A stretch of DNA of 64,000 nucleotides from a bacterium (GTDB taxonomy: Bacteria; Hinthialibacterota; Hinthialibacteria; Hinthialibacterales; Hinthialibacteraceae), in contig CAXXSM010000140.1 of NCBI GenBank assembly GCA_963663405.2, positions 1 through 64,000 of the forward strand. The letters are read 5' to 3'. Made by a program: the position numbers and the translations under genes. Under the pieces are notes generated by a model. The model did not search any database, was not told the origin of the DNA, and saw only the letters and a program-made list of their open reading frames with translations. Each line of letters opens with the position of its first letter. Within the stretch, counting starts at the first letter, position 1. Shown here in pieces: positions 1 to 10,218 of the stretch.

Positions 1-809
1 CATCAGCGCGTTTCGGATTGTCTTCCGTTTATTTCCTTCCGGCGTATAGAAAACCCAATCGGATTCTGTATGGCGTTCGGTACTCTTCAAAACCTTCACT
101 AAACGGTCAGGAAGGGGCACAGATCGGAATTCACGATTTTTGGTATCCTGTTCAACGATGATTTGTTTGTTATGCAGATCGATTTTTTCCCATTTCAGAG
201 AGAGGATCTCTTTTCTTCGCAATCCAGTGTACAAAGCGATCATCACGAAGCGTTCCATTTCATCTGAATAGTTTTTCGCGGTGAGGATCAGACGTTCCAT
301 TTCGTCTTCAGACAGAAACCGGGGGGATCTTTTTTGGACGGGGATTTTACGGATTTTGGGAACCAAATGGGGAGGATACAATCCCCATTCCGCTCCTTTC
401 GGAGAATCGACACAAGAACGGTGGTTTCTTTGTTCACAGTGCCTTTGGAGACTTTTTTAAGGCGATGAATCCTGTATTCTTCGATCCTCTCTTTCGTGAT
501 GTTCTTGGCCAGTTCATTGGCGCCGAAAAAGGGAAGGTAATGGGTGTGGATATAAATCGATTCGATCTTAATCCAATCTTCCGATTTGATCCCATACGCG
601 GAATCGATGTATTTCGCGCAAAGGTCTTGGAAGGAAATCTTTCTTCCTTTTGATAGATTCCATTCCACACGAGCCGATTCATCGGTGAATTTTCGTAAGA
701 TTTCCTTCGCGATCGCTTTCTTGTTGGTCCGGCAAGACCGCCAAGCCATACGGCCATTTTTGTTGTATCGAATGTAATAGGTCTCGTTTCGTTTGACCAA
801 GAACGCCAT
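1..809 (-). CDS. Tyrosine recombinase / phage-type integrase. Runs off the left edge, with one frameshift near nt 395-400.
   Basis: N-terminus MAFLVKRNETYYIRY...WRSCRTNKK looks like an arm-binding region and is followed by a SAM-like domain (..SKGTVNKE..). The alternate frame from ~nt 390 to 1 reads EWGLYPP...RFLSEDEMERL...IALYTGLRRKEILSLKWEKIDL...DTKNREFRSVPL (catalytic Arg box I and Lys). Restoring one A in an A-run joins the two frames. Confidence 0.88.
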
Positions 810-846
810 GATCCCCATCCCTTGAAAAAGTCTAGTGACTCTTGAC

Positions 847-868
847 TGGTTACATATTTGGTTACATA
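847..868. repeat. Direct repeat TGGTTACATA x2, putative integrase arm-type binding sites
   Basis: Exact 10-bp copies at 847-856 and 859-868, between the integrase start and the att core. Confidence 0.55.
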
Positions 869-1003
869 CTATTCGAAAATCAAAGGAAATCAAGAGAAAG
901 TAGAAAGAATAAGAAGGAAAAAATGAGTTTAATAACATGCTGTATTATATATACTTATAAAAACAAAGAGGAACGAGATAAAAAAGAGGGAAAATGAATA
1001 CAA

Positions 1004-1058
1004 CTAGACTTAGGATCTAGTGTCTTCGGACGTGGGGGTTCAAATCCCCCTCCTCGCA
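1004..1058 (+). mobile_element. att site: duplicated 3' half of tRNA-Leu(TAG)
   Basis: Anticodon arm CTAGA-CTTAGGA-TCTAG, variable arm GTC-TTCG-GAC, T arm GGGGG-TTCAAAT-CCCCC and acceptor 3' strand TCCTCGCA. No 5' acceptor strand or D arm upstream. Lies ~200 bp from the integrase start. Confidence 0.88.
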
Positions 1059-1306
1059 ACCTCCCTTAAAATAACTCCTTAGATCATTCCGAAAAACTTA
1101 TTGGATCTAGATGGCTTATGAAATGCTGTGCCGCTTCGGATGGTTATTAGAAAATTCGAGAAGATTCGAATCTACAGCGTAGATTCACAAAACTGGTGCC
1201 GAAATTCACGAATATTTTCTAATAACAAAAAGGCGTCCAAACAATTCAAGGCGTCTTTTTTAATTTTAATAAATCCATAATTTTTTTATGCGCTATACGA
1301 TGCGAG

Positions 1307-1335
1307 TTGATTGATAAATTTACACTTAATATAAT
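1307..1335 (+). promoter_or_regulatory. Putative sigma70 promoter for the LRR gene
   Basis: TTGATT-17 bp-TATAAT; RBS AGGGGGG before ATG 1393. Confidence 0.5.
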
Positions 1336-1392
1336 AAGCCATCACTATATCTAACGACGAATCGTTATCGATACAAACTCAGGGGGGAAACC

Positions 1393-3963
1393 ATGTACGA
1401 ACGAAGAGCGCTCAAATTTATTCTCGCCTCGATCCTGCTCCTTGGAATTACCATAAATGTATTCTCGCAGAACATCAATACTCCCGAAAACTTTCCCGAT
1501 CCAAACTTCCGGACAGCGGTGGAAGAATTCATGGGCGTAGCCCCCGGTGGAGAATTCAAGGCGGCGGAAGCGTCGATCAAAGATGGGACATTGAATTGCC
1601 ATCATCGCGATATCATAGATTTAAAAGGAGTCGAACATTTCCCCAGTTTAACTGGACTCGACTGTGCAGGGAGTAAATTAACCAGCCTGGATATTTCTAA
1701 CAACACCGCTTTGAAATGTCTCGTCTGCAGTGATAATCAACTCACCCATCTTGATGTCTCTAACAACACCGCTTTAGAACGTCTCGAATGCAGACATAAT
1801 CAATTAACCAGCCTGGATGTTTCCAATAACACTTCTTTGGAGACTCTTTACTGTGTTTGGAATCATCTATCCAACCTGGATGTCTCAGGCGCCACCTCTT
1901 TGAAATATCTCAGTTGCGGACAGAATCTATTAACCAGTCTGGATGTCTCACATAATACTGATTTAGAGACTCTCTCTTGTTATTGGAATCAATTTACCAA
2001 CCTTGATGTCACAGGCGCGGCCGCTTTACAATCTCTAAACTGTAGAGATAGTCAATTAACTACTCTGACTATTTCTAATAACATCCTCTTGAAACGGCTT
2101 GAATGCTATAAAAATCATTTATCTAGTTTGGATGTCTCTAACAACACCGCTTTGAAATATCTCCGTTGCGAAGAGAATCAATTAACCAGCCTGCTTGTCA
2201 CCAACGACGCTGCGTTAGAGTATCTTCGCTGTAATAATAATCAATTAACCAGTTTGGATGTTTCCAACGCGACTTCTTTGGAAGAACTCGAATGCTCAAA
2301 CAATCAATTAACTAAACTGAATGTCTCCAACAGTACCGCTTTGAAGCGGCTCGACTGCTTTAACAATCAATTAACCAGTCTGGATGTTTCCGATAGCGCC
2401 GCTTTGGAGTATCTTCGCTGCTCGAGGAATCAATTACCCAGTCTGGATGTCTCCAACAGCACTGCTTTGGCTGAACTCTTGTGCGCGGAGAATCAATTAA
2501 CCAGTCTGCATATCTCCAATTCCAATACTACTTTGGAATATCTCGACTGCTATATTAATCAATTGACTAGTTTAGATTTATCCGTCACAGCTTTGACTTA
2601 TCTTCGTTGTTATAATAATCAATTAACCAGCCTGAATCTATCCGGCGCTATTGCTTTGGATAGGCTCGAATGCTACAACAATCAATTAACCAGCCTGGAT
2701 GTCACGGATTGTGTTGCTTTGGTATGGCTTGATTGTCACAGAAACCAAATTACTACCCTGGATGTCTCTAATAACATCGCTTTAGAACAGCTGGATTGTC
2801 AAAGAAACAAATTGGCTAATCTGAATGTCTCTGGCGCTACTACATTATTCTATATATACTGTCAAAGAAATCATCTAACTAACCTGGATGTCTCTAATAA
2901 TTTCACTTTGCAAGAACTCTATTGTTGGGATAATTACTTGATCAATTTGAATGTCAATAAAAATTTAAAATATCTTAACTGTCATGACAATCAATTAACC
3001 AGCCTTACAAATCTCGTTGCTAACGAACGCTTTTACTGGGTGGACATTCGCTATAATAACATAGGCTGTGATGATCCAAACACTGCTAGTATTGATATCC
3101 AAATTCTCACTGAACGACTTGGAAATAGTTTTTATTACACACCACAAAACGCATGCAACAAGGGCGTACCGGAATCACAAAATATAAATACAGCAAAATA
3201 TTTTCCAGATTTATATTTCCGTAAGGCGGTTGAAAATTTTATGAGTGTCCCACCTGGTGGATCCTTTTCAGCTGCTGAAGCCTCTATTAAAGATGGAACA
3301 TTGGATTGTTCTCATTGCGATATAGAGTCAATGACCGGAATTGAACTTTTCTCATCAATAATTTCACTCGACTGCAGTCATAATGAATTAACTAGCCTGG
3401 ATATTTCCCAAAATACTTCTTTACAGTATCTCAACTGTCTTAGTAATCAATTAACCTTCCTGGATATCTCCAATAACGCTGCTTTAGAATATATTGACTG
3501 CAGCCACAATCAGTTAACTAGCATGAATATCTCCGATAATTTGTCACATTTCGACTGCCATGAAAACCTGTTTACTAGCCTGAATTTTCCAAATAACACT
3601 GATATGATATATCTTAACTGCGCAGGCAATAAATTAACTAGTCTAATTGTCTCCAACTACACTGCTTTGCATGAACTCATATGCTCTTTCAATCAATTAT
3701 CTAATCTGGATATTTCAAATAATATCGATTTATCAAGACTCGACTGCGGACAAAATAAAATACACATACTCGACTTATCTAATAATGTCTCTTTAGTTTA
3801 TTTAGACTGTGGTCAAAATCAATTATCATGTTTAGATGTCTCAGAAAATTTAAATATTGAATCTCTTCGATGCAGCAACAATATGCTTAACAGACTAGAT
3901 ATTTATAATAACACATTATTAATTAAACTCGAATGCGCAAAGAATCGATTGTCTTACTTAGAC
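1393..3963 (+). pseudogene. 5' part of a secreted leucine-rich-repeat protein gene interrupted by an IS
   Basis: Signal peptide; N-cap FPDPNFR; dozens of 21-aa LxxLxCxxNQLTSLDVSxNT repeats in two capped modules. The frame runs into the IS left end at 3964. Confidence 0.9.
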
Positions 3964-4028
3964 CCCACATTCCGCACATCTCGGGTAGGTAATTTGAGAT
4001 TTATTTAAGTGGTTATTATAGACATAAT

Positions 4029-5708
4029 CTATTGGTAATGGGCCAGTGACACCTCCAAGAGTGTGAGAATTTTTTTCTGTGCTTTAGTGAGTTCAGCAGG
4101 AAAAATAGTAATCTTGTCACCATCGTAGACTTCATACCGTTCGACGCCGGTAAAGAATCGGACGATGTCAAACATCGTGGGCGTCTTGCATGGCCGGTTC
4201 TCTGGATAAATGGGAAGAGAACTGATTCCTTGGCTTTGCATAGCAAGCCGAAGTTTTCGCTCAATAAGCGTTGCGACCATTAAGGCCATGACGTGGATGT
4301 GCAGAAAAGCCACAACTCTCTTCCCGTTTTTCAGGTACACCGGGGCAATTTCCTGATAGGCTTTGATCTGGGAATTACGTTTTTCGAGGAACGGCTGAAA
4401 CTTGTAGATTTCAAGGATTTTTTTGGGGCGGTATGTGCTTTCGTCGAGATTGGTGATCAGGGGAAAAACGCCGTCGGTCTTTTCCGCTTTGCTTACGGCG
4501 TCCTTGTTGATCCCGAATGAGATTGAGAAAATCAGTTTCCAAGTGATCTGCGGGGCCGTCCCTGGAGTGGGACGCCCTTTTTTGGGATAGAGGCGCCGGT
4601 ATTCTCGCGCCGCGTGAATTTCGTATTGGATAAGAGTTTGGCAGTGTCGCTTCTTCAGGATTTCCTGAATTCGCTGATTGATTTGTTGGCGTCGTTTGAG
4701 GGTATACCGATTGAGTTTCGGTTGAAGCGCTCGGAGTTCTGCAAGCGCTTGTTCGAGGCGCCGTCTCCTTGTCTCGAGATCTTGCTCGGCTTTTTGCGTA
4801 CTACGGATCCAATGCAATCGATAGCCACGAGAGGTTTTGTATTTCCCCTCGGCGACATAATAGCGGTCGACCTTTGAATGGGGCTTGCGATTATTTTTAC
4901 GCGACAGGATGAACTTCCACTTGATTTTCCCGCGTCTGACTTTTTCTCGAAATTGTCCGTCTTCCTTCCAGGTTCTGGGCATCACCGTGACAAAGAGTCC
5001 CCCCCAAGCCGAGAGTTTTTGCAGATTTTCCTCGGTGGCGAGTTTGCAATCGGCCACATAGATGAAATCGACTCGCTGCAAGAGTTTCTGGAGCCGTTTG
5101 TGATTCGTGGGATGAAGGTGATCGTCCGTCTGATTCCCGTCATAAATGTGGTGCAAGATGGGCACAGACCCATCGGCTGTCACGGTTAATCCCAGCACCA
5201 ACTGCTTCAGATCGGGCCGGTGGTCCTTGTTGATTCCGTTGGTGAGTAACTCCTTGGCGCTCCAGCCCGGATATTTCCCCGCAAAGGTTACTGTGGTGGT
5301 ATCTTGATGAATCTGCGAACAATCCAGCGCAAACAGTTTGATGGCCCGCAAGGCCAGACGAAAAAAGACTTCCTTATGCCGGGAGTTATAGAAGCGGACG
5401 AGCGCTCGGCCAATACGGTCGTCCTGGACATATTTTATCTCTTCGGGGAGAAGACCCACTTGTTCCGCATCCAACGGTTTGAGCCAGTCCTGGATCTCGT
5501 ACAACGGATGGGGAGTGGTCAAAATGTTGTGGATCAAAAGCGCCAGCGCTTGGTCATCGTCGAGTTTCATGCGCTTATCCGGCCTCATATAGGCGCCCAC
5601 AATCCCACGCACGGTCAGGAGTTCCAGAAAATGTTCGATGATCGGATGCGCGCCAATCACGAATTTCTTAAGAGAGGAATCCTTTTTTAAACCTTGTTGA
5701 ACATGCAT
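4029..5708 (-). CDS. IS1634-family DDE transposase
   Basis: 559 aa with IHQDTTTVTF, GINKDHRPDLKQLVLGL, YVADCKL and YKFQPFLEKRNSQIK...APVYLK motifs typical of IS1634 (IS4 superfamily). Confidence 0.93.
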   Translation of the reverse strand: MHVQQGLKKDSSLKKFVIGAHPIIEHFLELLTVRGIVGAYMRPDKRMKLDDDQALALLIHNILTTPHPLYEIQDWLKPLDAEQVGLLPEEIKYVQDDRIGRALVRFYNSRHKEVFFRLALRAIKLFALDCSQIHQDTTTVTFAGKYPGWSAKELLTNGINKDHRPDLKQLVLGLTVTADGSVPILHHIYDGNQTDDHLHPTNHKRLQKLLQRVDFIYVADCKLATEENLQKLSAWGGLFVTVMPRTWKEDGQFREKVRRGKIKWKFILSRKNNRKPHSKVDRYYVAEGKYKTSRGYRLHWIRSTQKAEQDLETRRRRLEQALAELRALQPKLNRYTLKRRQQINQRIQEILKKRHCQTLIQYEIHAAREYRRLYPKKGRPTPGTAPQITWKLIFSISFGINKDAVSKAEKTDGVFPLITNLDESTYRPKKILEIYKFQPFLEKRNSQIKAYQEIAPVYLKNGKRVVAFLHIHVMALMVATLIERKLRLAMQSQGISSLPIYPENRPCKTPTMFDIVRFFTGVERYEVYDGDKITIFPAELTKAQKKILTLLEVSLAHYQ

Positions 5709-5771
5709 CTTGTCTCCCCCGTCATCTTATGCTATTATACACTTATTTATAGGATAAGACAAGTCAAAAAA

Positions 5772-6149
5772 ATGCCTCTTTCAAAAAAACTGAAAACAAT
5801 TATCAACCAATTGAACCAGATTCAGACCGAGCGAAATCGCGTGCTGAGTCTTTTCTCTCTCGATGAAAAACTCGTCGCGGGAACCTACGCAGAGATTCTT
5901 ATTCGCTGTGGCAAACCAACCTGCCACTGCCATAAACAAGGTGGTCACCCCGCTACACGACTCTCACGCTGGGTTGATGGAAAACTGAAAACCAAGATTG
6001 TTCGCGTCGCTGATCGAGAATGGGTAAAAGAAGCTTCAGAGCAATACAAGGCACATAAAAACGCCCTAAAACTCTTGAGGGACCTTCACAAACAAGAACT
6101 TGAGATGCTCACACGCATCCTTGAGATTAAAACGATCGACTATGGGTAA
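5772..6149 (+). CDS. Small Cys/His protein (DUF6788-like) inside the IS, divergent from the transposase
   Basis: 125 aa with motif RCGKPTCHCHKQGGH and helical flanks; lies wholly between the IS IRs. Confidence 0.75.
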   Translation: MPLSKKLKTIINQLNQIQTERNRVLSLFSLDEKLVAGTYAEILIRCGKPTCHCHKQGGHPATRLSRWVDGKLKTKIVRVADREWVKEASEQYKAHKNALKLLRDLHKQELEMLTRILEIKTIDYG

Positions 6150-6232
6150 ATTTAACAGTACTTAACCCGCTGACTTTACTACGCATAAATTCGAAAATTA
6201 GAGATCCTCAATGTGCGGAATGTAGGTTAGAC

Positions 6233-8737
6233 TTATCAAACAATTCCTTTTTGAAATATCTTGGCTGCAGTTACAATCAATTGACCGAATTAGACGTTTC
6301 TAACAACATTGCTTTAGACGAACTGATTTGTAGCGAGAACCACCTAACTAGCCTAACAAGTTTTGTAAACAATCAAGGTCTTGAGGCAGGAGATTATGTT
6401 AATGTTGAAAACAATTACATAGGTTGTGTTAATCCAGATACTGCGATGATTGATATCCAAATTCTTACAGATCGAATTGGGAAATATAGAAGTAGACAAG
6501 ATCTTTTCATTGTATACAATTCCGGTTTTAAATCATCTCCCCAAAACGACTGCGCATCCATGCTCCCCGCCTCCACCGGCTCAACCGCGCTGATCGTAGA
6601 CCACAACTGCACGGATCTCTCCACCATCTCCTCGACGGATATCGACACAGCGCGAAGCCAATTCCGGATCTGGTATGGGCATACATCGCATGGCGGTCAG
6701 ATTTTGACGGGAATGGAGACAATGAACGACGATCCATATGCATTCAGTTGGGATGGAACGGGGGGATCGCTGTCGATTCAGGAGGAGTCGACTGATCTTG
6801 GGCATGAGGGAGATTTAGGATGGGCGGACCGAACCCGCGAAGCGCTGGACGCGCCGGGGAACGATCGTAATATGATCATGTGGTCCTGGTGCGATGGCGT
6901 TTCGGACAACACAGAATCGGGGATCAATACTTACCTTAATACGATGAAACAGTTGGAGGTGGAGTATCCCGATGTGACGTTCGTTTACATGACCGGGCAT
7001 TTGGATGGGACAGGCAGCGATGGAAATCTGCATATCCGCAACGAACAAATACGGAACTACTGCCAGACCTATAATAAGATACTTTTCGACTTCGCCGATA
7101 TCGAGCGGTACGATCCAGACGGCAACGATTTTCTCGATCTCGGCGTAGGGTACGATGGGAATGACAATACGAACTATGGTGGTGGAAACTGGGCAGACGA
7201 ATGGCGCGCAAGACATCCTGGCGAAGAACCTTCCTGCACAACCGATTGCGCCCATTCCCAATGCATCAGTTGCGTACAAAAAGGGAAGGCGTTCTGGTGG
7301 ATGATGTCCCGCCTCGCCCAAAGAGAGGCGTCAACTCCTGAAAACACAATTACTCCAGAACCGTCATCCACTCCGGCGCCCACCAGCGTTCCCTCGAACA
7401 CGCCATCGCCGACGTTCACACCAACACCAACGTCAACACCAACCCTAACTCCAATTCCAACTCCAACTCCAACTCCAACTCCAACTCCAACGGATATGCA
7501 GTGTGATTCAACGATTAATGAATTGGTGATCTCGCAGGGAACTGGTGGGCAGACATTTGTCAATATTCGTAATTTTGATTCATGCGTAGGAACTGTAACA
7601 GGGATTCTGCGTTCGTTCAAAGGATTGGCGGGCGCGTTTCTTGATGCGGTAGGCGGCGGCGCTGGAAGAGCTGCATATCTTTCAACAGGCGATCTGAACG
7701 GGGACGGAAGAGACGATATCGTAGTCTCCTTCGGCCCCATCACAGCGGAAGCAACCTATCCAAACATAATTGTCGTCCGGGACGCTGGAACATGCGATGT
7801 GATCGGACACTCGTTTGAAGCCTTCCCCTCCGGCTCCGGAGCCGATGTGAATTACAACGGCGGAGAAGTCCGGACCGCTGTCGGTGATTTCATACAACCA
7901 GGCAGGGAGATCATCGCCGCCGCTCAGGGTGTTGGCGGGAACGGAATCGTACGGTTAATAGAATTTACGGGAGAAGCCGCGCCGAACGGCTGGCGGGTTG
8001 TCGGTCAGTTCAGTGGACTGGCCGGACCAGCGAAAACGAATAACACCGCCGGCGGATTAACACTGACCGCTGGAGATGTCGATGGGGATGGGAGAGATGA
8101 ACTTCTTGTTGGCCAGACAAACAGCCCTGCTTCGCAAACCCAATTCCAGCTGATCGACATCGATGACAACGGGCGAGTTGAATCGAGAACGTCTTTCGCT
8201 GGTTTTCAATTCCAGTTCCGTGGCGATGGAGGCGTCGAGTTGACCGTTGCGGATCTTAACGGTGATGGGCTCAACGAGATTATCGCCGCCAGTCAGGGGA
8301 ACAGCCATAATCACGGAGACGCAAGAGATGACGCGCCACTGAATGTAATTTCCATCATTGAACCAACTGTGGAAGATGGGCAAGTTACCGGTTTTGTTCG
8401 TCCCACCCAGAGCGTGCTCTCCGTGTGGCAAAATACGATCAATCCATCAGGATCTGTCAGTGTCACCGCGGCTGAGCTGAATGGACTTGACGACGGACAG
8501 GAACTGGTTGTTGGTACCGGCTCGTTGATTCAAGTAGAAGGCTCTAACATCCAAATCAGCTCCCCAGCCCCTCAATCGAGATACCGCCTGATCAAGATTC
8601 CCTTCGATGGAAATTCAGTAGGAACCATTTCCAACGTGGTCGGTACGCGAGACGGCTATTCAGCCTTTCTTGGACCTGCAAATCCCACAAGCGGAGCGAT
8701 CTACCTGGGAAGCCTGAATGTTCAAACCGCTGATTAA
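6233..8737 (+). pseudogene. 3' part of the LRR gene: last LRRs and C-cap, uncharacterised alpha/beta domain, Pro-Thr linker, FG-GAP/VCBS-like domain
   Basis: In frame with the 5' part once the IS and one TSD copy are removed (…LSYLD|LSNNSFLKYLGCSYNQL…). Contains YGHTSHG…MWSWC…YMTGHLDG…FDFADIE, (PT)n, and GDLNGDGRDD / GDVDGDGRDE / ADLNGDGLNE. Confidence 0.88.
7451..7492 (+). repeat. Hexanucleotide tandem repeat (CCAACT)n encoding a Pro-Thr linker
   Basis: Five exact CCAACT units plus two variants. Confidence 0.9.
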
Positions 8738-8844
8738 TCGTATAAAATCTCATGCAATGAAAAAGTAGATTGAACCTTAACCACCATAAAAATGATTTTA
8801 ACTTCTTTTCTTGTATTGACTTAGATGCGCTACCCTAAAGCGAA

Positions 8845-10209
8845 TTATGCGCTCCCGCATAAATGGTAAAACCAAGCTGATGTCATAATCCCTTTCTCAA
8901 AATCCGTTAGGCTGAATTTTTCGTTTGGGGCGTGGGCGTTGTCGTTGGGTTGACCGAAGCCGAGGAGCAAAGTGTCCAGTCCTAGTTCTTCTTTCAGCGT
9001 TAGAACGATGGGGATCGAGCCGCCTTCACGCATGAAGACCGGTTCGGCGTCAAAACCGCGTTTCAAAGCTTCTATAGCGGGATCAATAAATACGGATTCA
9101 CGGGGAACCACAACCGGCCCGCAACCGGAATGCGGCGCGAATAAAACTTTCACTGAAGGCGGTGTGATTGACTTGACGTATTGTTCAAATAATCCGCCGA
9201 TCTTATTTGGTTTCTGATTGGGCACAAGCCGCATCGTTATTTTTGCGCCCGCCCAGGAGGGGATCACTGTTTTTGAGCCTTCTCCCTGATAGCCTCCAAA
9301 AATGCCATTCACGTCCAGCGTCGGGCGGCCCCATTTACGTTCAATTGTGGTGTATCCTTCTTCTCCATGGAGCTGCGCGAGTTCCAACGATTCACGATAT
9401 GCGTCTTCATCAAAGGGCAGGGAAGACCACGCTTCACGCTCCCAATCTTCCAGCGGAACTACGTCATCATAGAAACCAGGTATCTGGATTCGGCCCTTCT
9501 CATCCTTCAATTTGGCGACGATCTCACAGAGCGCATTGGCCGCGTTATGCACAGCGCCACCATAGGAGCCGGAATGAAGATCCTGATTCGCGGCGTCTAC
9601 ACGAATCTCGGTGGCGCAGATCCCCCGCAGCCCATAGCAGAGCGCCGGTTGACCAGGGCCGAACTGGCACGTGTCGCTGATTACGGCCACATCACTGCGC
9701 AATGAATCCCGATTTTCCCGCAGGAAAATCGAGACGTGATCGCTCGCGACTTCTTCTTCCCCTTCGATGATATAAATGAGATTAACCGGCGCTGTTCCCT
9801 CGGTTTTGAGAAAGGCTTCAAGGGATTTAATATGCGCGAATAATTGTCCTTTATCATCCGTCGCCCCGCGCGCATAGACAATTTCATTATCCACACGTGG
9901 TTCAAATGGAGGGGATTTCCAAAGATCAAGCGGTTCCGGCGGCTGAACGTCGTAATGACCATAAACCAGCACTGTAGGTTTATCGGCGCCGGCGTTATAA
10001 CGCGCCAGAACGACTGGATTTCCGGCGGTGGGATGGATTTCCGCCTCGAGTCCAAGACCGGTGAACTGATCCCGAACAAATTGAGCGGCCTTTTCACAAT
10101 CGAGTTTATGTTCGCTCTTAGCGCTGACACTGGGAATTTTCAGAAATTCAATCAGCTCATCAATAAACCGTTGTCTATTTTCTTTTATATAGGTTAATAC
10201 AGAATCCAT
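8845..10209 (-). CDS. M20 family dipeptidase (ArgE/DapE-like)
   Basis: YGHYDVQP, RGATDDKGQ, EGEEE, DLHSG, GGSIP and HAPNE motifs. Confidence 0.93.
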   Translation of the reverse strand: MDSVLTYIKENRQRFIDELIEFLKIPSVSAKSEHKLDCEKAAQFVRDQFTGLGLEAEIHPTAGNPVVLARYNAGADKPTVLVYGHYDVQPPEPLDLWKSPPFEPRVDNEIVYARGATDDKGQLFAHIKSLEAFLKTEGTAPVNLIYIIEGEEEVASDHVSIFLRENRDSLRSDVAVISDTCQFGPGQPALCYGLRGICATEIRVDAANQDLHSGSYGGAVHNAANALCEIVAKLKDEKGRIQIPGFYDDVVPLEDWEREAWSSLPFDEDAYRESLELAQLHGEEGYTTIERKWGRPTLDVNGIFGGYQGEGSKTVIPSWAGAKITMRLVPNQKPNKIGGLFEQYVKSITPPSVKVLFAPHSGCGPVVVPRESVFIDPAIEALKRGFDAEPVFMREGGSIPIVLTLKEELGLDTLLLGFGQPNDNAHAPNEKFSLTDFEKGIMTSAWFYHLCGSA

Positions 10210-10218
10210 ATCTCTCTC

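Larger units (their letters stand above)
3964..6226. mobile_element. IS1634-family insertion sequence, 2263 bp
   Basis: Terminal IRs CCCACATTCCGCACAT (3964-3979) and ATGTGCGGAATGTAGG (6211-6226) match 15/16. Flanking 6-bp duplication TTAGAC at 3958-3963 and 6227-6232. Confidence 0.95.

Noticed and set aside
1004-1058. Functional tRNA-Leu gene
   Set aside because: The 5' acceptor strand and D arm are absent; only the 3' half is present, so it is treated as an att duplication.
1650-3960. CRISPR array or DGR variable region suggested by the periodic repeats
   Set aside because: The repeats are in-frame 63-bp LRR coding units with degenerate copies. No cas genes, reverse transcriptase or adenine-specific template/variable pair were seen.
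7451-7492. Phase-variation tract
   Set aside because: The unit length is 6 bp, so slippage keeps the frame and only changes linker length.
7174-7743. Minus-strand ORF with a (GV)n repeat
   Set aside because: Antisense shadow of the Pro-Thr linker in the real plus-strand gene.
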